64,000 nt of DNA from Yuukianura sp. NJ FZ-2021. Its lineage: Eukaryota. The notes under the pieces were generated by a model. It was not told where the DNA came from. It searched no databases and worked only from the letters and a program-made list of their open reading frames with translations. The DNA is taken from the NCBI GenBank assembly GCA_046563655.1, contig JAJCTO010000015.1:1-64000 (forward strand), given 5' to 3'. Positions 39,501 to 51,704 of the stretch are shown piece after piece. Positions within the stretch are counted from its first letter, which is position 1. Each line of letters opens with the position of its first letter. Both the position numbers and the translations under genes were made by a program.

Positions 39501-42500
39501 CGCACTGCCCCGGAGTTTATCTTGGGTTGTTAAACGGCAAATTGAGCAATGCCGAGCACCATTTTGTCGAAAACGACATAAATTTGAGAGAATGAACATG
39601 CAAATGTGAGAATGAACAGAAAGTAAATTGCATTTTTGAGATTCTCATAAAAAGTGCTACAGGAACCCACTTTCACTTGCCGTGTCGTCCCTCATCTCGT
39701 TACTTTTCTTTATGAAAATTTGTTTCAAGAACCTCCACTCGGAGCGATGCCGGGTGAAAGTGAGTTACTTTTCTGAAATCCTCCTGAAAAGTACTTCAGG
39801 AACCCAAGTTTGATTGGCGTGGATAGATCGCCATTAAATCTGGTTAGAGTGTTTTTAAAAGTCTGGATGAACCGCACTGCCTCGGAGTTTATCTTGGGTT
39901 GGTAAACGGCACCCAGAGCAATGCCGAGCACCATTTTGTCGAAAACGACTTAAATTTGAGAGAATGAACATGCAAATGTGAGAATGAACAGAAAGTAAAT
40001 TACATTTTTGAAATCCTCATAAAAAGTGCTACAGGAACGCACTTTCACTTGCCGTGTCGTCCCTCATCTCGTTACTTTTCTTTATGAAAATTTGTTTCAA
40101 GAACCTCCACTCGGAGCGATGCCGGGTGAAAGTGAGTTACTTTTCTAAAATCCTCCTGAAACGTACTTCAGGAACCCAAGTTTGATTGGCGTGGATAGAT
40201 CGCCATTAAATCTGGTTAGAGTATTTTTAAAAGTCTGGATGAACCGCACTGCCTCGGAGTTTATCTTGGGTTGGTAAACGGCACCCAGAGCAATGCCGAG
40301 CACCATTTTGTCGAAAACGACTTAAATTTGAGAGAATGAACATGCAAATGTGAGAATGAACAGAAAGTAAATTACATTTTTGAAATCCTCATAAAAAGTG
40401 CTACAGGAACGCACTTTCACTTGCCGTGTCGTCCCTCATCTCGTTACTTTTCTTTATGAAAATTTGTTTCAAGAACCTCCACTCGGAGCGATGCCGGGTG
40501 AAAATGAGTTACTTTTCTGAAATCCTCCTGAAAAGTACTTCAGGAACCCAAGTTTGATTGGCGTGGATAGATCGCCATTACATCTGGTTAGAGTGTGCTT
40601 AAAAGTCTGGATGAACCGCACTGCCCCGGAGTTTATCTTGGGTTGTTAAACGGCAAATTGAGCAATGCCGAGCACCATTTTGTCGAAAACGACATAAATT
40701 TGAGAGAATGAACATGCAAATGTGAGAATGAACAGAAAGTAAATTGCATTTTTGAGATTCTCATAAAAAGTGCTACAGGAACCCACTTTCACTTGCCGTG
40801 TCGTCCCTCATCTCGTTACTTTTCTTTATGAAAATTTGTTTCAAGAACCTCCACTCGGAGCGATGCCGGGTGAAAGTGAGTTACTTTTCTGAAATCCTCC
40901 TGAAAAGTACTTCAGGAACCCAAGTTTGATTGGCGTGGATAGATCGCCATTAAATCTGGTTAGAGTGTTTTTAAAAGTCTGGATGAACCGCACTGCCTCG
41001 GAGTTTATCTTGGGTTGGTAAACGGCACCCAGAGCAATGCCGAGCACCATTTTGTCGAAAACGACTTAAATTTGAGAGAATGAACATGCAAATGTGAGAA
41101 TGAACAGAAAGTAAATTACATTTTTGAAATCCTCATAAAAAGTGCTACAGGAACGCACTTTCACTTGCCGTGTCGTCCCTCATCTCGTTACTTTTCTTTA
41201 TGAAAATTTGTTTCAAGAACCTCCACTCGGAGCGATGCCGGGTGAAAGTGAGTTACTTTTCTGAAATCCTCCTGAAAAGTACTTCAGGAACCCAAGTTTG
41301 ATTGGCGTGGATAGATCGCCATTAAATCTGGTTAGAGTGTTTTTAAAAGTCTGGATGAACCGCACTGCCTCGGAGTTTATCTTGGGTTGGTAAACGGCAC
41401 CCAGAGCAATGCCGAGCACCATTTTGTCGAAAACGACTTAAATTTGAGAGAATGAACATGCAAATGTGAGAATGAACAGAAAGTAAATTACATTTTTGAA
41501 ATCCTCATAAAAAGTGCTACAGGAACGCACTTTCACTTGCTGTGTCGTGCCTCATCTTGTTACCTTTATTTATGAAAATTCAAGTTTTAAAACAAAGAAT
41601 TCAAAAGAAATGCATTCCGGAACGATGCTAGGTAAAAGTCAACTACCTTTTTGAGATCCTCATAAAAAGTGCTACAGGAACCCACTTTCACTTGCCGTGT
41701 CGTCCCTCATCTCGTTACTTTTCTTTATGAAAATTTGTTTCAAGAACCTCCACTCGGAGCGATGCCGGGTGAAAATGAGTTACTTTTCTGAAATCCTCCT
41801 GAAAAGTACTTCAGGAACCCAAGTTTGATTGGCGTGGATAGATCGCCATTAAATCTGGTTAGAGTGTGCTTAAAAGTCTGGATGAACCGCACTGCCCCGG
41901 AGTTTATCTTGGGTTGTTAAACGGCAAATTGAGCAATGCCGAGCACCATTTTGTCGAAAACGACATAAATTTGAGAGAATGAACATGCAAATGTGAGAAT
42001 GAACAGAAAGTAAATTGCATTTTTGAGATTCTCATAAAAAGTGCTACAGGAACCCACTTTCACTTGCCGTGTCGTCCCTCATCTCGTTACTTTTCTTTAT
42101 GAAAATTTGTTTCAAGAACCTCCACTCGGAGCGATGCCGGGTGAAAGTGAGTTACTTTTCTGAAATCCTCCTGAAAAGTACTTCAGGAACCCAAGTTTGA
42201 TTGGCGTGGATAGATCGCCATTAAATCTGGTTAGAGTGTTTTTAAAAGTCTGGATGAACCGCACTGCCTCGGAGTTTATCTTGGGTTGGTAAACGGCACC
42301 CAGAGCAATGCCGAGCACCATTTTGTCGAAAACGACTTAAATTTGAGAGAATGAACATGCAAATGTGAGAATGAACAGAAAGTAAATTACATTTTTGAAA
42401 TCCTCATAAAAAGTGCTACAGGAACGCACTTTCACTTGCCGTGTCGTCCCTCATCTCGTTACTTTTCTTTATGAAAATTTGTTTCAAGAACCTCCACTCG

Positions 42501-45500
42501 GAGCGATGCCGGGTGAAAGTGAGTTACTTTTCTAAAATCCTCCTGAAAAGTACTTCAGGAACCCAAGTTTGATTGGCGTGGATAGATCGCCATTAAATCT
42601 GGTTAGAGTGTTTTTAAAAGTCTGGATGAACCGCACTGCCTCGGAGTTTATCTTGGGTTGGTAAACGGCACCCAGAGCAATGCCGAGCACCATTTTGTCG
42701 AAAACGACTTAAATTTGAGAGAATGAACATGCAAATGTGAGAATGAACAGAAAGTAAATTACATTTTTGAAATCCTCATAAAAAGTGCTACAGGAACACA
42801 CTTTCACTTGCTGTGTCGTGCCTCATCTTGTTACCTTTATTTATGAAAATTCAAGTTTTAAAACAAAGAATTCAAAAGAAATGCATTCCGGAACGATGCT
42901 AGGTAAAAGTCAACTACCTTTTTGAGATCCTCATAAAAAGTGCTACAGGAACCCACTTTCACTTGCCGTGTCGTCCCTCATCTCGTTACTTTTCTTTATG
43001 AAAATTTGTTTCAAGAACCTCCACTCGGAGCGATGCCGGGTGAAAATGAGTTACTTTTCTGAAATCCTCCTGAAAAGTACTTCAGGAACCCAAGTTTGAT
43101 TGGCGTGGATAGATCGCCATTAAATCTGGTTAGAGTGTGCTTAAAAGTCTGGATGAACCGCACTGCCTCGGAGTTTATCTTGGGTTGGTAAACGGCAAAT
43201 TGAGCAATGCCGAGCACCATTTTGTCGAAAACGACATAAATTTGAGAGAATGAACATGCAAATGTGAGAATGAACAGAAAGTAAATTGCATTTTTGAGAT
43301 TCTCATAGAAAAGTGCTACAGGAACCCACTTTCACTTGCCGTGTCGTCCCTCATCTCGTTACTTTTCTTTATGAAAATTTGTTTCAAGAACCTCCACTCG
43401 GAGCGATGCCGGGTGAAAGTGAGTTACTTTTCTGAAATCCTCCTGAAAAGTACTTCAGGAACCCAAGTTTGATTGGCGTGGATAGATCGCCATTAAATCT
43501 GGTTAGAGTGTTTTTAAAAGTCTGGATGAACCGCACTGCCTCGGAGTTTATCTTGGGTTGGTAAACGGCACCCAGAGCAATGCCGAGCACCATTTTGTCG
43601 AAAACGACTTAAATTTGAGAGAATGAACATGCAAATGTGAGAATGAACAGAAAGTAAATTACATTTTTGAAATCCTCATAAAAAGTGCTACAGGAACGCA
43701 CTTTCACTTGCTGTGTCGTGCCTCATCTTGTTACCTTTATTTATGAAAATTCAAGTTTCAAAACAAAGAATTCAAAAGAAATGCATTCCGGAACGATGCT
43801 AGGTAAAAGTCAACTACCTTTTTGAGATCCTCATAAAAAGTTCTACAGGAACCCACTTTCACTTGCCGTGTCGTCCCTCATCTCGTTACTTTTCTTTATG
43901 AAAATTTGTTTCAAGAACCTCCACTCGGAGCGATGCCGGGTGAAAGTGAGTTACTTTTCTAAAATCCTCCTGAAAAGTACTTCAGGAACCCAAGTTTGAT
44001 TGGCGTGGATAGATCGCCATTAAATCTGGTTAGAGTGTTTTTAAAAGTCTGGATGAACCGCACTGCCTCGGAGCTTATCTTGGGTTGGTAAACGGCACCC
44101 AGAGCAATGCCGAGCACCATTTTGTTGAAAACGACTTAAATTTGAGAGAATGAACATGCAAATGTGCGAATGAACAGAAAGTAAATTACATTTTTGAAAT
44201 CCTCATAAAAAGTGCTACAGGAACGCACTTTCACTTGCTGTGTCGTGCCTCATCTTGTTACCTTTATTTATGAAAATTCAAGTTTCAAAACAAAGAATTC
44301 AAAAGAAATGCATTCCGGAACGATGCTAGGTAAAAGTCAACTACCTTTTTGAGATCCTCATAAAAAGTGCTACAGGAACCCACTTTCACTTGCCGTGTCG
44401 TCCCTCATCTCGTTACTTTTCTTTATGAAAATTTGTTTCAAGAACCTCCACTCGGAGCGATGCCGGGTGAAAGTGAGTTACTTTTCTAAAATCCTCCTGA
44501 AAAGTACTTCAGGAACCCAAGTTTGATTGGCGTGGATAGATCGCCATTACATCTGGTTAGAGTGTGCTTAAAAGTCTGGATGAACCGCACTGCCCCGGAG
44601 TTTATCTTGGGTTGGTAAACGGCAAATTGAGCAATGCCGAGCACCATTTTGTCGAAAACGACTTAAATTTGAGAGAATGAACATGCAAATGTGAGAATGA
44701 ACAGAAAGTAAATTGCATTTTTGAGATTCTCATAAAAAGTGCTACAGGAACCCACTTTCACTTGCCGTGTCGTCCCTCATCTCGTTACTTTTCTTTATGA
44801 AAATTTGTTTCAAGAACCTCCACTCGGAGCGATGCCGGGTGAAAATGAGTTACTTTTCTGAAATCCTCCTGAAAAGTACTTCAGGAACCCAAGTTTGATT
44901 GGCGTGGATAGATCGCCATTAAATCTGGTTAGAGTGTGCTTAAAAGTCTGGATGAACCGCACTGCCCCGGAGTTTATCTTGGGTTGTTAAACGGCAAATT
45001 GAGCAATGCCGAGCACCATTTTGTCGAAAACGACATAAATTTGAGAGAATGAACATGCAAATGTGAGAATGAACAGAAAGTAAATTGCATTTTTGAGATC
45101 CTCATAAAAAGTGCTACAGGAACCCACTTTCACTTGCCGTGTCGTCCCTCATCTCGTTACTTTTCTTTATGAAAATTTGTTTCAAGAACCTCCACTCGGA
45201 GCGATGCCGGGTGAAAGTGAGTTACTTTTCTGAAATCCTCCTGAAAAGTACTTCAGGAACCCAAGTTTGATTGGCGTGGATAGATCGCCATTAAATCTGG
45301 TTAGAGTGTGCTTAAAAGTCTGGATGAACCGCACTGCCTCGGAGTTTATCTTGGGTTGGTAAACGGCAAATTGAGCAATGCCGAGCACCATTTTGTCGAA
45401 AACGACATAAATTTGAGAGAATGAACATGCAAATGTGAGAATAAACAGAAAGTAAATTGCATTTTTGAGATTCTCATAAAAAGTGCTACAGGAACCTATT

Positions 45501-48500
45501 TCACTTGCCGTGTCGTCCCTCATCTCGTTACTTTTCTTTATGAAAATTTGATTCAAGAACCTCCACTCGGAGCGATGCCGGGTGAAAGTGAGTTACTTTT
45601 CTAAAATCCTCCTGAAAAGTACTTCAGGAACCCAAGTTTGATTGGCGTGGATAGATCGCCATTAAATCTGGTTAGAGTGTGCTTAAAAGTCTGGATGAAC
45701 CGCACTGCCTCGGAGTTTATCTTGGGTTGGTAAACGGCACCCAGAGCAATGCCGAGCACCATTTTGTCGAAAACGACTTAAATTTGAGAGAATGAACATG
45801 CAAATGTGAGAATGAACAGAAAGTAAATTACATTTTTGAAATCCTCATAAAAAGTGCTACAGGAACGCACTTTCACTTGCTGTGTCGTGCCTCATCTTGT
45901 TACCTTTATTTATGAAAGTTCAAGTTTCAAAACAAAGAATTCAAAAGAAATGCATTCCGGAACGATGCTAGGTAAAAGTCAACTACCTTTTTGAGATCCT
46001 CATAAAAAGTGCTACAGGAACCCACTTTCACTTGCCGTGTCGTCCCTCATCTCGTTACTTTTCTTTATGAAAATTTGTTTCAAGAACCTCCACTCGGAGC
46101 GATGCCGGGTGAAAGTGAGTTACTTTTCTGAAATCCTCCTGAAAAGTACTTCAGGAACCCAAGTTTGATTGGCGTGGATAGATCGCCATTAAATCTGGTT
46201 AGAGTGTGCTTAAAAGTCTGGATGAACCGCACTGCCTCGGAGTTTATCTTGGGTTGGTAAACGGCAAATTGAGCAATGCCGAGCACCATTTTGTCGAAAA
46301 CGACTTAAATTTGAGAGAATGAACATGCAAATGTGAGAATGAACAGAAAGTAAATTGCATTTTTGAGATTCTCATAAAAAGTGCTACAGGAACCCACTTT
46401 CACTTGCCGTGTCGTCCCTCATCTCGTTACTTTTCTTTATGAAAATTTGTTTCAAGAACCTCCACTCGGAGCGATGCCGGGTGAAAATGAGTTACTTTTC
46501 TGAAATCCTCCTGAAAAGTACTTCAGGAACCCAAGTTTGATTGGCGTGGATAGATCGCCATTAAATCTGGTTAGAGTGTGCTTAAAAGTCTGGATGAACC
46601 GCACTGCCCCGGAGTTTATCTTGGGTTGTTAAACGGCAAATTGAGCAATGCCGAGCACCATTTTGTCGAAAACGACATAAATTTGAGAGAATGAACATGC
46701 AAATGTGAGAATGAACAGAAAGTAAATTGCATTTTTGAGATACTCATAAAAAGTGCTACAGGAACCCACTTTCACTTGCCGTGTCGTCCCTCATCTCGTT
46801 ACTTTTCTTTATGAAAATTTGTTTCAAGAACCTCCACTCGGAGCGATGCCGGGTGAAAGTGAGTTACTTTTCTGAAATCCTCCTGAAAAGTACTTCAGGA
46901 ACCCAAGTTTGATTGGCGTGGATAGATCGCCATTAAATCTGGTTAGAGTGTGCTTAAAAGTCTGGATGAACCGCACTGCCCCGGAGTTTATCTTGGGTTG
47001 TTAAACGGCAAATTGAGCAATGCCGAGCACCATTTTGTCGAAAACGACATAAATTTGAGAGAATGAACATGCAAATGTGAGAATGAACAGAAAGTAAATT
47101 GCATTTTTGAGATTCTCATAAAAAGTGCTACAGGAACCCACTTTCACTTGCCGTGTCGTCCCTCATCTCGTTACTTTTCTTTATGAAAATTTGTTTCAAG
47201 AACCTCCACTCGGAGCGATGCCGGGTGAAAGTGAGTTACTTTTCTGAAATCCTCCTGAAAAGTACTTCAGGAACCCAAGTTTGATTGGCGTGGATAGATC
47301 GCCATTAAATCTGGTTAGAGTGTGCTTAAAAGTCTGGATGAACCGCACTGCCCCGGAGCTTATCTTGGGTTGGTAAACGGCACCCAGAGCAATGCCGAGC
47401 ACCATTTTGTCGAAAACGACTTAAATTTGAGAGAATGAACATGCAAATGTGAGAATGAACAGAAAGTAAATTACATTTTTGAAATCCTCATAAAAAGTGC
47501 TACAGGAACGCACTTTCACTTGCTGTGTCGTGCCTCATCTTGTTACCTTTATTTATGAAAATTCAAGTTTCAAAACAAAGAATTCAAAAGAAATGCATTC
47601 CGGAACGATGCTAGGTAAAAGTCAACTACCTTTTTGAGATCCTCATAAAAAGTTCTACAGGAACCCACTTTCACTTGCCGTGTCGTCCCTCATCTCGTTA
47701 CTTTTCTTTATGAAAATTTGATTTCAAGAACCTCCACTCGGAGCGATGCCGGGTGAAAGTGAGTTACTTTTCTGAAATCCTCCTGAAAAGTACTTCAGGA
47801 ACCCAAGTTTGATTGGCGTGGATAGATCGCCATTAAATCTGGTTAGAGTGTTTTTAAAAGTCTGGATGAACCGCACTGCCTCGGAGTTTATCTTGGGTTG
47901 GTAAACGGCACCCAGAGCAATGCCGAGCACCATTTTGTTGAAAACGACTTAAATTTGAGAGAATGAACATGCAAATGTGCGAATGAACAGAAAGTAAATT
48001 ACATTTTTGAAATCCTCATAAAAAGTGCTACAGGAACGCACTTTCACTTGCTGTGTCGTGCCTCATCTTGTTACCTTTATTTATGAAAATTCAAGTTTCA
48101 AAACAAAGAATTCAAAAGAAATGCATTCCGGAACGATGCTAGGTAAAAGTCAACTACCTTTTTGAGATCCTCATAAAAAGTTCTACAGGAACCCACTTTC
48201 ACTTGCCGTGTCGTCCCTCATCTCGTTACTTTTCTTTATGAAAATTTGTTTCAAGAACCTCCACTCGGAGCGATGCCGGGTGAAAGTGAGTTACTTTTCT
48301 AAAATCCTCCTGAAAAGTACTTCAGGAACCCAAGTTTGATTGGCGTGGATAGATCGCCATTAAATCTGGTTAGAGTGTTTTTAAAAGTCTGGATGAACCG
48401 CACTGCCTCGGAGCTTATCTTGGGTTGGTAAACGGCACCCAGAGCAATGCCGAGCACCATTTTGTTGAAAACGACTTAAATTTGAGAGAATGAACATGCA

Positions 48501-51411
48501 AATGTGCGAATGAACAGAAAGTAAATTACATTTTTGAAATCCTCATAAAAAGTGCTACAGGAACGCACTTTCACTTGCTGTGTCGTGCCTCATCTTGTTA
48601 CCTTTATTTATGAAAGTTCAAGTTTCAAAACAAAGAATTCAAAAGAAATGCATTCCGGAACGATGCTAGGTAAAAGTCAACTACCTTTTTGAGATCCTCA
48701 TAAAAAGTGCTACAGGAACCCACTTTCACTTGCCGTGTCGTCCCTCATCTCGTTACTTTTCTTTATGAAAATTTGTTTCAAGAACCTCCACTCGGAGCGA
48801 TGCCGGGTGAAAGTGAGTTACTTTTCTAAAATCCTCCTGAAAAGTACTTCAGGAGCCCAAGTTTGATTGGCGTGGATAGATCGCCATTACATCTGGTTAG
48901 AGTGTGCTTAAAAGTCTGGATGAACCGCACTGCCCCGGAGTTTATCTTGGGTTGTTAAACGGCAAATTGAGCAATGCCGAGCACCATTTTGTCGAAAACG
49001 ACAAATTTGAGAGAATGAACATGTAAATGTGAGAATGAACAGAAAGTAAATTGCATTTTTGAGATTCTCATAAAAAGTGCTACAGGAACCCACTTTCACT
49101 TGCCGTGTCGTCCCTCATCTCGTTACTTTTCTTTATGAAAATTTGTTTCAAGAACCTCCACTCGGAGCGATGCCGGGTGAAAATGAGTTACTTTTCTGAA
49201 ATCCTCCTGAAAAAGTACTTCAGGAACCCAAGTTTGATTGGCGTGGATAGATCGCCATTAAATCTGGTTAGAGTGTGCTTAAAAGTCTGGATGAACCGCA
49301 CTGCCCCGGAGTTTATCTTGGGTTGTTAAACGGCAAATTGAGCAATGCCGAGCACCATTTTGTCGAAAACGACATAAATTTGAGAGAATGAACATGCAAA
49401 TGTGAGAATGAACAGAAAGTAAATTGCATTTTTGAGATTCTCATAAAAAGTGCTACAGGAACCCACTTTCACTTGCCGTGTCGTCCCTCATCTCGTTACT
49501 TTTCTTTATGAAAATTTGTTTCAAGAACCTCCACTCGGAGCGATGCCGGGTGAAAGTGAGTTACTTTTCTGAAATCCTCCTGAAAAGTACTTCAGGAACC
49601 CAAGTTTGATTGGCGTGGATAGATCGCCATTAAATCTGGTTAGAGTGTGCTTAAAAGTCTGGATGAACCGCACTGCCTCGGAGTTTATCTTGGGTTGGTA
49701 AACGGCAAATTGAGCAATGCCGAGCACCATTTTGTCGAAAACGACATAAATTTGACAGGATGAACATGCAAATGTGAGAATGAACAGAAAGTAAATTGCA
49801 TTTTTGAGATTCTCATAAAAAGTGCTACAGGAACCTATTTCACTTGCCGTGTCGTCCCTCATCTCGTTACTTTTCTTTATGAAAATTTGTTTCAAGAACC
49901 TCCACTCGGAGCGATGCCGGGTGAAAATGAGTTACTTTTCTGAAATCCTCCTGAAAAGTACTTCAGGAACCAAGTTTGATTGGCGTGGATAGATCGCCAT
50001 TAAATCTGGTTAGAGTGTGCTTAAAAGTCTGGATGAACCGCACTGCCCCGGAGTTTATCTTGGGTTGTTAAACGGCAAATTGAGCAATGCCGAGCACCAT
50101 TTTGTCGAAAACGACATAAATTTGAGAGAATGAACATGCAAATGTGAGAATGAACAGAAAGTAAATTGCATTTTTGAGATTCTCATAAAAAGTGCTACAG
50201 GAACCCACTTTCACTTGCCGTGTCGTCCCTCATCTCGTTACTTTTCTTTATGAAAATTTGTTTCAAGAACCTCCACTCGGAGCGAAGCCGGGTGAAAGTG
50301 AGTTACTTTTCTGAAATCCTCCTGAAAAGTACTTCAGGAACCCAAGTTTGATTGGCGTGGATAGATCGCCATTAAATCTGGTTAGAGTGTGCTTAAAAGT
50401 CTGGATGAACCGCACTGCCTCGGAGTTTATCTTGGGTTGGTAAACGGCAAATTGAGCAATGCCGAGCACCATTTTGTCGAAAACGACATAAATTTGACAG
50501 GATGAACATGCAAATGTGAGAATGAACAGAAAGTAAATTGCATTTTTGAGATTCTCATAAAAAGTGCTACAGGAACCCACTTTCACTTGCCGTGTCGTCC
50601 CTCATCTCGTTACTTTTCTTTATGAAAATTTGTTTCAAGAACCTCCACTCGGAGCGATGCCGGGTGAAAATGAGTTACTTTTCTGAAATCCTCCTGAAAA
50701 GTACTTCAGGAACCCAAGTTTGATTGGCGTGGATAGATCGCCATTAAATCTGGTTAGAGTGTGCTTAAAAGTCTGGATGAACCGCACTGCCCCGGAGTTT
50801 ATCTTGGGTTGTTAAACGGCAAAGTGAGCAATGCCGAGCACCATTTTATCGAAAACGACATAAATTTGAGAGAATGAACATGCAAATGTGAGAATGAACA
50901 GAAAGTAAATTGCATTTTTGAGATTCTCATAAAAAGTGCTACAGGAACCCACTTTCACTTGCCGTGTCGTCCCTCATCTCGTTACTTTTCTTTATGAAAA
51001 TTTGTTTCAAGAACCTCCACTCGGAGCGATGCCGGGTGAAAGTGAGTTACTTTTCTAAAATCCTCCTGAAAAGTACTTCAGGAACCCAAGTTTGATTGGC
51101 GTGGATAGATCGCCATTAAATCTGGTTAGAGTGTTTTTAAAAGTCTGGATGAACCGCACTGCCTCGGAGCTTATCTTGGGTTGGTAAACGGCACCCAGAG
51201 CAATGCCGAGCACCATTTTGTCGAAAACGACATAAATTTGACAGAATGAACATGCAAATGTGAGAATGAACAGAAAGTAAATTACATTTTTGAAATCCTC
51301 ATAAAAAGTGCTACAGGAACCCACTTTCACTTGCTGTGTCGTCCCTCATCTTGTTACCTTTATTTATGAAAATTCATGTTTCAAAACAAAGAATTCAAAA
51401 GAAATGCATTC

Positions 51412-51467
51412 CATAACAATCATAACAACCATAACAACCATAACAACAAGAAAAACAATCATAACAA
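51412..51467. repeat. 9-bp minisatellite (CATAACAAY) x4 plus degenerate copies
   Basis: CATAACAAT CATAACAAC CATAACAAC CATAACAAC AAGAAAAACAAT CATAACAA. Confidence 0.9.
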
Positions 51468-51704
51468 ATTTTTTGACCTTATTACAGATAACGAACGTTT
51501 TGAAGACAAATTTGAATATACTCCAAATAGTCCAAGGCCCGTAGGCCGGTGGGACTAGAGCTCCGGCTCTATCCTACTAACACCTTGGACGGGGGCGGGT
51601 TCGAGTCCCGGCGTCGCCGACACGAAAGTCGTTTTCCAGAAATGGTGTTTCCACTTTCCTAGCCCAGATGGGGTGTTCGGATGATAAGTCAGTTTATGAT
51701 GATA
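51413..51704. other. 292-bp non-satellite spacer at the array inversion point
   Basis: Satellite stops at GCATTCC|ATAAC (normally GCATTCCGGAAC) and resumes in reverse orientation at GATA|GGTTCATCCAGAC. ORF strand flips from - to + across this point. Confidence 0.92.
51535..51704 (+). mobile_element. Putative tRNA-derived SINE (or tRNA pseudogene) with internal Pol III promoter
   Basis: Perfect box B GGTTCGAGTCC (51598-51608) inside a T-arm-like CGGG-TTCGAGT-CCCG. Degenerate box A TAGGCCGGTGG (51542-51552), followed by D-loop-like TAGAGC. No anticodon or acceptor stem. Ends in a short ATGATGAT. Boundaries are approximate. Confidence 0.55.

Larger units (their letters stand above)
1..51412. 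repeat. Satellite DNA array, left arm: 372-bp monomers (A) irregularly interspersed with 155-bp units (B)
   Basis: The same motifs (e.g. TTCAAGAACCTCCACTC, TCCTGAAAAGTACTTCAGGA) recur throughout. Repeated ORF coordinates step by 372 or 527 bp (e.g. 3515->3887; 2988->3515). The arm ends inside a B unit at ...GAAATGCATTCC (51412). Confidence 0.97.

Noticed and set aside
51412..51467. De novo telomere addition at the broken left arm
   Set aside because: The strand extending the left arm's 3' end is C/A-rich, the wrong polarity for telomerase addition, and the unit matches no telomere repeat I recognise.
51308..51558. ORFs with HNN/TIT repeats at the junction
   Set aside because: They start in satellite sequence, and the low complexity comes from the 9-bp minisatellite.
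51535..51620. Functional tRNA gene
   Set aside because: Only the T-arm is convincing. There is no anticodon stem and no acceptor stem.
51530..51635. Twister or HDV-like ribozyme in the spacer (TAACAC beside a GTAGG/CCTAC stem)
   Set aside because: The partner GUG-GAGGG strand and pseudoknots of twister, and the HDV P1-P4 nesting, could not be built. An Infernal search would settle it.
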